In this document: piece by piece, positions 55,160-64,000 of the stretch
How the letters are laid out: each line of letters begins with the position of its first letter
Position numbering within the stretch: the stretch's first letter is position 1
Assembly: GCA_963742665.1 (NCBI GenBank)
Contig: CAVUNH010000020.1
Location: 22,188-86,187 of the forward strand
Length of the DNA stretch: 64,000 nucleotides
Direction of reading: 5' to 3'
DNA from: an uncultured Alphaproteobacteria bacterium
GTDB taxonomy: Bacteria; Pseudomonadota; Alphaproteobacteria; Rhizobiales; Xanthobacteraceae
Position numbers and translations under genes: made by a program
Notes under the pieces: generated by a model
What the model saw: only the letters and a program-made list of their open reading frames with translations
The model's database searches: none
Told to the model about the DNA's origin: nothing

Positions 55160-56317
55160 GTGAGCGTTACGCAGCAACAGGTTCTCGATGCATTGGCCAA
55201 GGTGGCGTCGCCGCGCGGCGTCGCCTTGACCAACGCCAATGTGCTGTCGGCGATCTCGGTCACCGACGGCAAGGTGTTCTTCTCGATCAACGTCGATGCC
55301 GCGGAAGCGCGCGCCTGGGAAAGCGTTCGCGCGCAGGCGGAAGCCGCCGTTCGCGCCATCCCCGGCGTCAGCGTCGCCATGATCGCACTGACGGCCGAGC
55401 GCAAGGCGGGCGCCGCCGCGGCGGCTCCCGGTGCGGCGGCTCCGCCGTCACCGCCACCGCATCGCCACGCGCATGGCGTGCAGCCCGTGTCGGCGCACAA
55501 GCCGCCGCAAAGTCCGACTTCGCCGATGTCCAAACAGGCGGAGATTCCGGGCGTCGCCGCCGTGATTGCGGTGGCGTCGGGCAAGGGCGGCGTCGGCAAG
55601 TCGACGACCGCGCTCAATCTTGCATTGGGCCTGCGCGATCTCGGCCTGCGGGTCGGTCTGCTCGATGCGGATATCTACGGCCCGTCGGTGCCGCGGTTGA
55701 CCGGCATTCACGAGAAGCCGCAGCTGAACGACGAGCGGAAGATGATTCCGATAGAGCGCTTCGGCCTTTCCATCATGTCGATCGGCTTCCTGGTCGAGGA
55801 AGATACGGCGATGATCTGGCGCGGCCCGATGGTGATGTCGGCGATCACCCAGATGCTGCGCGACGTCGCGTGGGGCACGCTCGATATTCTCGTCGTCGAC
55901 ATGCCGCCCGGCACCGGCGATGCCCAACTGACATTGGCGCAGAACGTGCCGTTGAAGGGCGCGGTCATCATCTCGACCCCGCAGGACCTCTCGCTGATCG
56001 ACGCGCGGCGCGGGCTTGCGATGTTCAAGAAGGTCAACGTGCCGGTGCTCGGCATTGTCGAGAATATGAGCTATTTCCAGTGCCCGCATTGCGGCACGCG
56101 GTCGGACATTTTCGGACATGGCGGCGCACGGCACGAGGCCGAGCGGCTGGGCGTGCCGTTTTTGGGCGAAATCCCCCTGCACATGTCGATTCGCACCACC
56201 TCGGATTCCGGAAATCCGGTGGTGGCGAGCGAGCCGGACGGTCCGCACGCGGCGATTTATCGCGCGATCGGCACCAAGGTCCGGGACCAGCTTCAGGGCG
56301 CCATTGCAGCGGCCTGA
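55160..56317 (+). CDS. mrp: Mrp/ApbC Fe-S carrier ATPase
   Basis: SGKGGVGKST, DADIYGPS, WRGPM, DMPPGTGD, ENMS..CPHC. Confidence 0.94.
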   Translation: MSVTQQQVLDALAKVASPRGVALTNANVLSAISVTDGKVFFSINVDAAEARAWESVRAQAEAAVRAIPGVSVAMIALTAERKAGAAAAAPGAAAPPSPPPHRHAHGVQPVSAHKPPQSPTSPMSKQAEIPGVAAVIAVASGKGGVGKSTTALNLALGLRDLGLRVGLLDADIYGPSVPRLTGIHEKPQLNDERKMIPIERFGLSIMSIGFLVEEDTAMIWRGPMVMSAITQMLRDVAWGTLDILVVDMPPGTGDAQLTLAQNVPLKGAVIISTPQDLSLIDARRGLAMFKKVNVPVLGIVENMSYFQCPHCGTRSDIFGHGGARHEAERLGVPFLGEIPLHMSIRTTSDSGNPVVASEPDGPHAAIYRAIGTKVRDQLQGAIAAA

Positions 56318-56326
56318 GGGGCCATA

Positions 56327-56378
56327 GCGTTTTCAAGCCAAGTGGACGCCGGTTCGCGTGAAGAAAACGCGTCAAAAC
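56327..56378. repeat. Bru-RS/RIME-like palindromic repeat, copy A
   Basis: gcgttttc..agtgg..ccggttcgcgtgaagaaaacgcgtcaa; 27 bp identical to copy B. Confidence 0.8.
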
Positions 56379-56560
56379 ATCAGTTTTCCAGCTTCCCTGC
56401 GACTTTCGTTTAATCAGTGCAGTCATGCCTTTGTTGCGTTTTCGAAGCCGAACATCCGTGTTAAAGCCCCCGCCAGAACGCCCCGGATGGCAAGGAATTC
56501 GCCCTGCCGGAAGAACGTTCCAGGAATTGGGAAACGCCCCCGACTTAAGGAGATGCCTGA

Positions 56561-57649
<1,089 letters not shown>

Positions 57650-57654
57650 TACAT

Positions 57655-57704
57655 GCGTTTTCGAGCGAAGTGGAATTCCGGTTCGCGTGAAGAAAACGCG
57701 TCAA
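57655..57704. repeat. Bru-RS/RIME-like palindromic repeat, copy B
   Basis: Same orientation as copy A. Confidence 0.8.
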
Positions 57705-57742
57705 TCCAAAGAGCCGATCTAATACATAAGTCGCAGAAGATG

Positions 57743-57773
57743 GCCCGGTTTCCGCAAGGAGGCCGGGCTTTTT
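57743..57773 (+). terminator. Rho-independent terminator
   Basis: gcccggtttcc-gcaa-ggaggccgggc followed by TTTTT. Confidence 0.8.
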
Positions 57774-57885
57774 GCGTTGCTGGGACACAGTTCGGCATGG
57801 AAATCCGGAAGGAGATGTTCCATGCTGTCCGAAAGCCTCGGCAAGAAGGCAATCGGATATACAATCAGCAGAGGGCAGGATTCCC

Positions 57886-58974
57886 ATGAAACGAAGAGAT
57901 TTTCTGAAAGTAACCGGCATTGGCGCGGCCGGCGCCGCAACCCTGGCAGCGCCGGCGATCGCGCAGTCGATGCCGGAAATCAAATGGCGCCTGACGGCGA
58001 GCTGGCCGAAATCGCTCGACACGCTCTGGGGCGCCGTCGAGGTGATGTCCAAGGCGGTCGCTGAAGCCACCGACAACAAGCTCCAGCTGCAGACCTTCGC
58101 GGCCGGCGAAATCGTTCCCGGCCTGCAGGTCCTCGACGCCGTGCAAAACGGCACCGTCGAAATGGGACATACGGCGTCGTATTATTATTTCGGCAAGGAT
58201 CCGACCTTTGCCTTCGGCACGGCGGTGCCGTTCGGACCGAACTCGCGCATCAACCAGGCCTGGTACATGCTCGGCGGCGGCAAGGAACTCCTCAACGAAT
58301 TCTACAAGGGCTACAACGTCACGTCGTTTCTGGCAGGCAATACCGGCTGCCAGATGGGCGGCTGGTTCCGCAAGGAGATCAACACCGTCGACGACCTCAA
58401 GGGGCTCAAGATGCGCATCGGCGGCTTTGCCGGGCGCGTCATGCAAAAACTCGGCGTCGTGCCGCAGCAGCTTGCCGGTGGCGACATCTATCCCGCGCTT
58501 GAAAAAGGCACGATCGACGCCGCCGAATGGGTCGGTCCCTATGACGACGAGAAGCTGGGCTTCAACAAGGTCGCGCCGCATTACTATTATCCGGGGTGGT
58601 GGGAGGGCGGCCCGATGCTGCTCGGCATCGTCAATCTGGAAAAATGGAATTCGCTGCCGAAATACTATCAAAACGTGATCGAGCAGGCCGGTCAGTACGC
58701 CAACAACTGGATGATGGCGAAATACGATCTGCTCAATCCGCCGGCGATGAAAAAACTGCTCGCTGGCGGCACCAAGCTGCACGCCTTCTCGCCGCCGATC
58801 ATGCAGGCCTCGCTGAAGGCCACCAAGGAATTGTACGCCGAAACCGCGGCGGCCAATCCGACCTTCAAGAAGGTCCTGGACTCGATGAATAATTTCCAGG
58901 GCAATGGATACCAATGGTGGCAGGTCGCCGAGCTCGGCTACGACAGCTTCATGGCCCGCAACGCACAGGGCTAG
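57886..58974 (+). CDS. takP: TRAP solute-binding protein (TakP-like) 2
   Basis: Paralog of 56561-57649 with the same motifs. Confidence 0.88.
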   Translation: MKRRDFLKVTGIGAAGAATLAAPAIAQSMPEIKWRLTASWPKSLDTLWGAVEVMSKAVAEATDNKLQLQTFAAGEIVPGLQVLDAVQNGTVEMGHTASYYYFGKDPTFAFGTAVPFGPNSRINQAWYMLGGGKELLNEFYKGYNVTSFLAGNTGCQMGGWFRKEINTVDDLKGLKMRIGGFAGRVMQKLGVVPQQLAGGDIYPALEKGTIDAAEWVGPYDDEKLGFNKVAPHYYYPGWWEGGPMLLGIVNLEKWNSLPKYYQNVIEQAGQYANNWMMAKYDLLNPPAMKKLLAGGTKLHAFSPPIMQASLKATKELYAETAAANPTFKKVLDSMNNFQGNGYQWWQVAELGYDSFMARNAQG

Positions 58975-59011
58975 TTCAAAAAGGCTGATCACGCCTTGAT
59001 TGCTGGCAAGC

Positions 59012-59043
59012 AAAAACCCCGGAGCGCAAGCTCCGGGGTTTTT
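59012..59043. terminator. Bidirectional Rho-independent terminator
   Basis: aaaaaccccggagc-gcaa-gctccggggttttt between convergent genes. Confidence 0.9.
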
Positions 59044-59063
59044 CGTTGAGCGAATATCGCGCG

Positions 59064-60665
59064 CTATTGTTTGGGTTGACCGAAATCCAGCGGTGGCAGC
59101 TCGATCTGCGGCACCTCGATCCTGACCTTGCTGAGATCGACATCGAGCGGCTTGTCGAGCAAGGCGGTTACCACGCTCGGGAACGCGATCACGATCGCCA
59201 CCATGATCGCCTGCAGTCCGATCCAGGGAATGGCGCCCCAATAGATGTCGGAGCTCTTCACTTCCTTCGGCGCGACGCCGCGCAGATAGAACAGCGCAAA
59301 GCCGAATGGCGGATGCAGGAACGATGTCTGCATGTTGACGCACAGCATGACACCGAACCAGATCAGCGCGGCATCCGGCCCCACCACCGGCGCCAGGACC
59401 TTCTGCGCGATCGGCGCAACCATCGGCAGGATGATGAAGGCGATCTCGAAGAAGTCGAGGAAGAACGCCAGGAAGAAGATGAAGAGGTTGATGAAGATCA
59501 GGAAGCCCCAGACGCCGCCGGGGAGCGAGGTCAGATGATGCTCGAGCCAGACGCCGCCGGAGACGCCGAGGAACACCACCGAGAAGCAGGTCGAGCCGAT
59601 CAGGATGAACACGACCATGCAGGAGAGGCGCATCGTCGACTGATAGCCCTGCTTGATCAGGTCGCGCAGGTCCGGGATGCGGACGGCTTCGAGACAGAGC
59701 CAGACGACGGCGATATAGACGATTGCGAAGGTCAGTTTGAACAGCTTGCCGTCACCGAGGAGCATTCCGATGATCGTGCCGATGCCGGTGGCGGCGATAC
59801 CGACCAGGAGCATCTTGTGCCCCTTGCTGCTGAGATCCTTGTGATGGATCGCGGCGAGGACGATGGCGCCGATCGCGCCCATCGCGCCGGCTTCGGTCGG
59901 CGTCGCCAGGCCGAGCATCATGGTGCCCAGCACCACGAAGATCAGCACGGCCGAGGGGATGATGCCCATCAGGCATTTCTTCCAGAGCGCCCAACCCGTC
60001 AGCGTCCGCGCATCCTTTGGAACCGGCGGGACGTGGTCCGGCTTGATCAGGCCGAGGATGAAGGTGTAGCCGGCGAACAGCATGATCTGGAGCACCGACG
60101 GGCCCCAGGCGCCGAGATACATGTCGCCGACCGACTTGCCGAGCTGGTCGGCCATCACGATCAGCACCAGCGACGGCGGCACCAGTTGCGTGATGGTGCC
60201 GGAGGCGGCCAGCACGCCGGTGATGTAGCGAATGTTGTAGCCGTAGCGGATCATCACCGGCATCGAGATCAGCGCCATGGCGATGACCTGTGCGGCCACC
60301 GTGCCGGTGATCGCGCCGAGGATGAAGCCGACGATGATGACGGAATAGCCGAGACCGCCCCGGACAGGTCCGAACAATTGACCCATCGAGTCCAGCATGT
60401 CTTCCGCAAGCCCGCAGCGTTCCAGGATCGAGCCCATGAAGGTGAAGAACGGGATCGCCAGCAGCAATTCGTTGGAGAGCACGCTGCCGAAAATGCGGCC
60501 CGGAATGGCCTGCAGGAAGTTCATGTCGAAGAAGCCGAGATAGATCGACAGGAAGCCGAACGACAGCCCGAGCGCGGCCAGCGTGAACGCCACCGGGAAG
60601 CCGATCAGCATGGCCAGAATCAAGCCGCCGAACATCAGCGGCGGCATCATTTCCAGCGTGATCAT
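59064..60665 (-). CDS. dctM: TRAP large permease
   Basis: GFPVAF, LLAIPFF, QLVPPS, QTSFLHPPFG. Confidence 0.9.
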   Translation of the reverse strand: MITLEMMPPLMFGGLILAMLIGFPVAFTLAALGLSFGFLSIYLGFFDMNFLQAIPGRIFGSVLSNELLLAIPFFTFMGSILERCGLAEDMLDSMGQLFGPVRGGLGYSVIIVGFILGAITGTVAAQVIAMALISMPVMIRYGYNIRYITGVLAASGTITQLVPPSLVLIVMADQLGKSVGDMYLGAWGPSVLQIMLFAGYTFILGLIKPDHVPPVPKDARTLTGWALWKKCLMGIIPSAVLIFVVLGTMMLGLATPTEAGAMGAIGAIVLAAIHHKDLSSKGHKMLLVGIAATGIGTIIGMLLGDGKLFKLTFAIVYIAVVWLCLEAVRIPDLRDLIKQGYQSTMRLSCMVVFILIGSTCFSVVFLGVSGGVWLEHHLTSLPGGVWGFLIFINLFIFFLAFFLDFFEIAFIILPMVAPIAQKVLAPVVGPDAALIWFGVMLCVNMQTSFLHPPFGFALFYLRGVAPKEVKSSDIYWGAIPWIGLQAIMVAIVIAFPSVVTALLDKPLDVDLSKVRIEVPQIELPPLDFGQPKQ

Positions 60666-61201
60666 TGGGTAGGCCTCTCATACTTCGCATCGATCACGAC
60701 ATAGCCCTTCAGTGCAGCGATGCGCTTGATCACCTCGGAGACGCCTTGCAGCGCCAGGAAAACGAAGCCCACGGGAACGACGGCCTTGATCGGCCAGCGG
60801 ACCAGGCCGCCGGCATTGCTCGAGATTTCACCGACCACGTAGGCCTGCATGAAGAATGGCCACGACAGATAGGCGAGCAGCAGGCAGGACGGAATCAGGA
60901 AACACAGCGTTCCGATCATGTCGAGCCAGAGCTGTCCGCGCTCGGACAGCATCAGATAGAGAATTTCGACGCGGACATGCTCGTTCTTCTTGAAGGTATA
61001 GGAGGCGCCGAACATCACGAAGATGGCGAACATGTACCACTGCAATTCGAGCCAGCTGTTGGAGCTGTAGCCGAACGCGTAGCGGATCATGGCGTTGGCG
61101 GCGCTCACCACGCAGGCGGCGAGCACGAGCCAGTTGCAGATGCCGCCGAGTTTCTCATTGAGCCAATCGATGCCGTTACTCATTGCCAACAATGGGCGCA
61201 T
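60662..61201 (-). CDS. dctQ: TRAP small permease
   Basis: ELQWY, EHVRVE, 4 transmembrane segments. Confidence 0.9.
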   Translation of the reverse strand: MRPLLAMSNGIDWLNEKLGGICNWLVLAACVVSAANAMIRYAFGYSSNSWLELQWYMFAIFVMFGASYTFKKNEHVRVEILYLMLSERGQLWLDMIGTLCFLIPSCLLLAYLSWPFFMQAYVVGEISSNAGGLVRWPIKAVVPVGFVFLALQGVSEVIKRIAALKGYVVIDAKYERPTQ

Positions 61202-61555
61202 TACGCTCTCCTCGGACACGTCATCGACGCGCGCCGGATTTCTTCATTGATATCGCATCGCCACCCTGCGCCAGACGCGCATAGCCGCGGCCGCGCGGCA
61301 AACGCGCGTTCGTTCCGGCGCGAAAAACGCGCGGATCCACAGCTCATTCGCTGGAGCGATTGCAACGATCGTCCTCCCCCAATCCTGCGCTTCCGCCGTC
61401 TTGACTGCACCGTGAGGAACAGCGGCCTGTGTCGGCCGTGCTGGCTTGAAAGCAGGCGCACCATTTCAGCGCGTTGTGGCGGCGTCAATCGGAAAATGGA
61501 CAAATTGACGCGCTGTCAATTAGTTGCGCGGGAGGGCGCCATTCGCGCCAAGATT

Positions 61556-62578
61556 TCAGCCGCCGGTCACGCTCATATGGCGGCTGACGCTCGGGCGGTT
61601 ATGCCGGCGGTCGATGATGAAGTCGTGGCCCTTCGGCTTCAGCCCGATGGCGCGATCGATCGCGGCCGAGAGCAGGTCGTTGTCGGGCGAGGCCCGCAAC
61701 GGTTTGCGCAAATCCGAGGCATCCTCATGGCCGAGACAGGTATGCAGCGTGCCGGTGCAGGTAATCCGGACCCGGTTGCAGGATTCGCAGAAATTATGGG
61801 TCATCGGCGTGATGAAGCCGAGCTTGCCGCCGGTCTCGCTGACGCGGACATAGCGGGCAGGGCCGCCGGTGTCCTCGTCGAGGTCGGTCATGGTGTATTG
61901 CTGGGCGAGCCGCGCGCGCATCAATGACAGCGGTACGTACTGATCGATCCGCCCCTCGCCGATGTCGCCCATCGGCATCACCTCGATCAGCGTCAGCGCC
62001 ATGCCCTTGCCGTGGGCCCATTGCATCAGCGCGGGGATTTCATCCTCGTTCATGTTCTTCAGCGCCACCGCGTTGATCTTGACGGCAAGGCCGGCGCTGC
62101 GCGCCGCTTCAATGCCGGCCAAAACCTTGTCGATATCGCCCCAGCGGGTGATGGCGCGGAATTTCGCCGGATCGAGCGTATCCAGCGAGACGTTGACGCG
62201 GCGCACGCCGGCGTCGCGCAACTCGCCGGCAAAGCGCGCCAGCTGCGAGCCGTTGGTGGTGAGGGTCAGCTCGTCGAGCGCACCGCTGGAAAGGTGCCGC
62301 GACAGCGAGCGCACCAGCGACATCACATTGCGCCGGACCAGCGGCTCGCCGCCGGTGAGGCGGATTTTCCGCACGCCCTTGGCGATGAAGGCCGAGCACA
62401 GCCGGTCGAGCTCTTCCAGCGTCAGCAAGTCGGCCTTCGGCAGGAAGGTCATGTCCTCCGACATGCAGTAGAAACAGCGCAGATCGCAGCGATCGGTCAC
62501 CGACACACGCAGATAGCGGATGGTCCGGCCGAACGGGTCGGTCATCGGACGGAACAGCTCAGGGGAATTTCCGCTCAT
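61556..62578 (-). CDS. moaA: GTP 3',8-cyclase
   Basis: [25 protein letters not shown]-terminal GG. Confidence 0.96.
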   Translation of the reverse strand: MSGNSPELFRPMTDPFGRTIRYLRVSVTDRCDLRCFYCMSEDMTFLPKADLLTLEELDRLCSAFIAKGVRKIRLTGGEPLVRRNVMSLVRSLSRHLSSGALDELTLTTNGSQLARFAGELRDAGVRRVNVSLDTLDPAKFRAITRWGDIDKVLAGIEAARSAGLAVKINAVALKNMNEDEIPALMQWAHGKGMALTLIEVMPMGDIGEGRIDQYVPLSLMRARLAQQYTMTDLDEDTGGPARYVRVSETGGKLGFITPMTHNFCESCNRVRITCTGTLHTCLGHEDASDLRKPLRASPDNDLLSAAIDRAIGLKPKGHDFIIDRRHNRPSVSRHMSVTGG

Positions 62579-62701
62579 TCAATACGCGCCTGTTCGGCAG
62601 AGCCGGGACAATTGGATAGCTCCGCTAACACACAATCTAGGCACGTTGCCACCCTCCTACAATCAGCACTTTGCCGTGCATTGCAGTGCGGCGCAGGCCA
62701 A

Positions 62702-63184
62702 TCAGCGGGCCGGCGGCGGAGGGGGCGGCGGAGGCGGCGGGTTCGGGAACGGGGAGCCGGCCGCCGGTGCCGTCGCCGCAGCCTTGGGCGGCTTCGGCTT
62801 CTTCGGCCGCATCGGCTTTCGCGGCGGACGCGGCGGCGGGCCGGCGGGCCGTAGCTCGGCCACTACGGGATTGGGATCGACGGTGGTGGTGGCGGGCGTC
62901 GAGAAGTCGCCGACGGTGCGGATCACCTGGACCGGAACCGTGACCGGCAGGAAGTTTGGCATCGCGAAGGTGACGGTGAAACCGGTGTCGGGAGCGGCTA
63001 CCGCGATCGAGCAGGGGGTCTTGCAGCCGGGTCCGACCGAGGTGGTGGCCTCGGCCCCTGACGGCACCGACTCCAGCTGGATCTGGATCGGCGGCGGCGT
63101 GCTCTTGAAGTAGTCAAAGCCGGAAAACGACGAGCATCCCGCCAGGCTCGCTGCGGCGACGGCAATCGCGATGACACGACGCAT
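62702..63184 (-). CDS. Proline-rich lipoprotein (PEGA-like CKTPC motif)
   Basis: Lipobox LAGC; ESVPSGAEA..CKTPC; poly-Pro tail. Confidence 0.75.
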   Translation of the reverse strand: MRRVIAIAVAAASLAGCSSFSGFDYFKSTPPPIQIQLESVPSGAEATTSVGPGCKTPCSIAVAAPDTGFTVTFAMPNFLPVTVPVQVIRTVGDFSTPATTTVDPNPVVAELRPAGPPPRPPRKPMRPKKPKPPKAAATAPAAGSPFPNPPPPPPPPPPAR

Positions 63185-63277
63185 GATCTATCACTCTACT
63201 GCGGCCAACAGCCACAATCCCCACGCGCGGACCATAGGAGCGTGAGAACAGAGCTGCAACCGGGCCGGGCAGATTCG

Positions 63278-63292
63278 TTAAAGAATGGTTAA
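63278..63292. promoter_or_regulatory. CtrA box TTAA-N7-TTAA
   Basis: TTAAagaatggTTAA ~95 bp upstream of the lipoprotein gene. Confidence 0.6.
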
Positions 63293-63336
63293 CGCCGCAA
63301 CCGAGATGTTTTGGATAACACCATGATATCAATCGG

Positions 63337-64000
63337 TTACAAGGTCTGCGTGGTCCCGATCAGGCTGGCTATAGCGGCCGGTAATTCGCGCATATGGCCG
63401 ATCAGCCGGTCCGGCTTGAGCTCGGCGATCGGCACCTCGGTGTAGCCGAATTCGACCCCGATCACGGGGATGCCGGCGCGGCGGGCGACGCCGATATCGG
63501 GACCGGCGTCCCCGACCATGATGGCCCCAGACAGCTCCCCGCCGGCGCGCGCCACCGTCTCGCGCAGGATGGTGGGATCGGGCTTTGCCACACCGAACGT
63601 GTCGGCGCCGCAGATCGCGGCGAACCGCCGGGAGAGGTCGAGCCTGTCGAGCAGCAGCTTCGACAGCCATTCCAGCTTGTTGGTGCAGACCGCAAAGCGA
63701 AAGCCGCGGGCCTCGAGCTCGTCGAGCGCCGCTTCCAGCCCCTCGAACGGCCGCGAGGCATCCGCAATGTGGTCGGCGTAAAAAGCGACGAAATCCTTCA
63801 TCAGCCGGTCGATGTCGGCGGTCGTCATCGCGTGGTCGTCGAGTTCGAGGCCGCGCTCGATCATCTTGCGCGCGCCGGCGCCGATCATGTTGCGCGCGGA
63901 CTTCAGCGGCACCGGCTGCAGGCCTTCGCGCGTCAGCACGTGGTTGAGGGCGGCGATCAGGTCGGGCGCGGTATCGACCAGCGTGCCGTCGAGATCGAAT
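63337..64000 (-). CDS. gph: HAD phosphoglycolate phosphatase (start beyond window)
   Basis: FDLDGTLVDTAPDL, CTNK, KPDP, MVGD. Confidence 0.85.
   Translation of the reverse strand, partial: FDLDGTLVDTAPDLIAALNHVLTREGLQPVPLKSARNMIGAGARKMIERGLELDDHAMTTADIDRLMKDFVAFYADHIADASRPFEGLEAALDELEARGFRFAVCTNKLEWLSKLLLDRLDLSRRFAAICGADTFGVAKPDPTILRETVARAGGELSGAIMVGDAGPDIGVARRAGIPVIGVEFGYTEVPIAELKPDRLIGHMRELPAAIASLIGTTQTL

Noticed and set aside
62705-62850. GGC-rich low-complexity tract as an array
   Set aside because: It encodes the Pro/Lys-rich tail of the lipoprotein.

Overview
High-GC alphaproteobacterial chromosomal segment. Gene content and intergenic repeats look Bradyrhizobium/Nitrobacteraceae-like (inference). 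The sequence has many single-base indels and one garbled insertion, which points to an unpolished long-read assembly. From left to right: (1) a nitrogen-scavenging region with a QuiC-like dehydratase, omega-amino-acid aminotransferase, dadA, a bacterial URC1-URC4-upp uracil cluster, an N-carbamoyl-D-amino-acid hydrolase, an amidohydrolase, a sigma54-type peptide-family ABC system and pncA; (2) a ~2 kb insertion hot spot at 8.9-11.0 kb with no recombinase, containing an ORFan module bounded by a synonymously diverged 105-bp copy of the host gene's 3' end and a second ORFan bracketed by paired-hairpin repeats; (3) an AmiC/AmiR(ANTAR)-controlled operon with three amidases, an acetamidase and a Urt-like ABC transporter, whose leader contains a visible terminator/antiterminator; (4) an accessory catabolic block ending at dusA, with an atypical 4-hydroxybutyryl-CoA-dehydratase-like gene and a non-canonical FadH-CoA ligase-BadH-BadI-2xMarR module; (5) core-like genes (alkyl sulfatase, PleC/DivJ-type kinase with a CtrA box, mrp, tandem TakP plus TRAP, moaA, gph). 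I found no rRNA, tRNA, CRISPR array, integrase or transposase.
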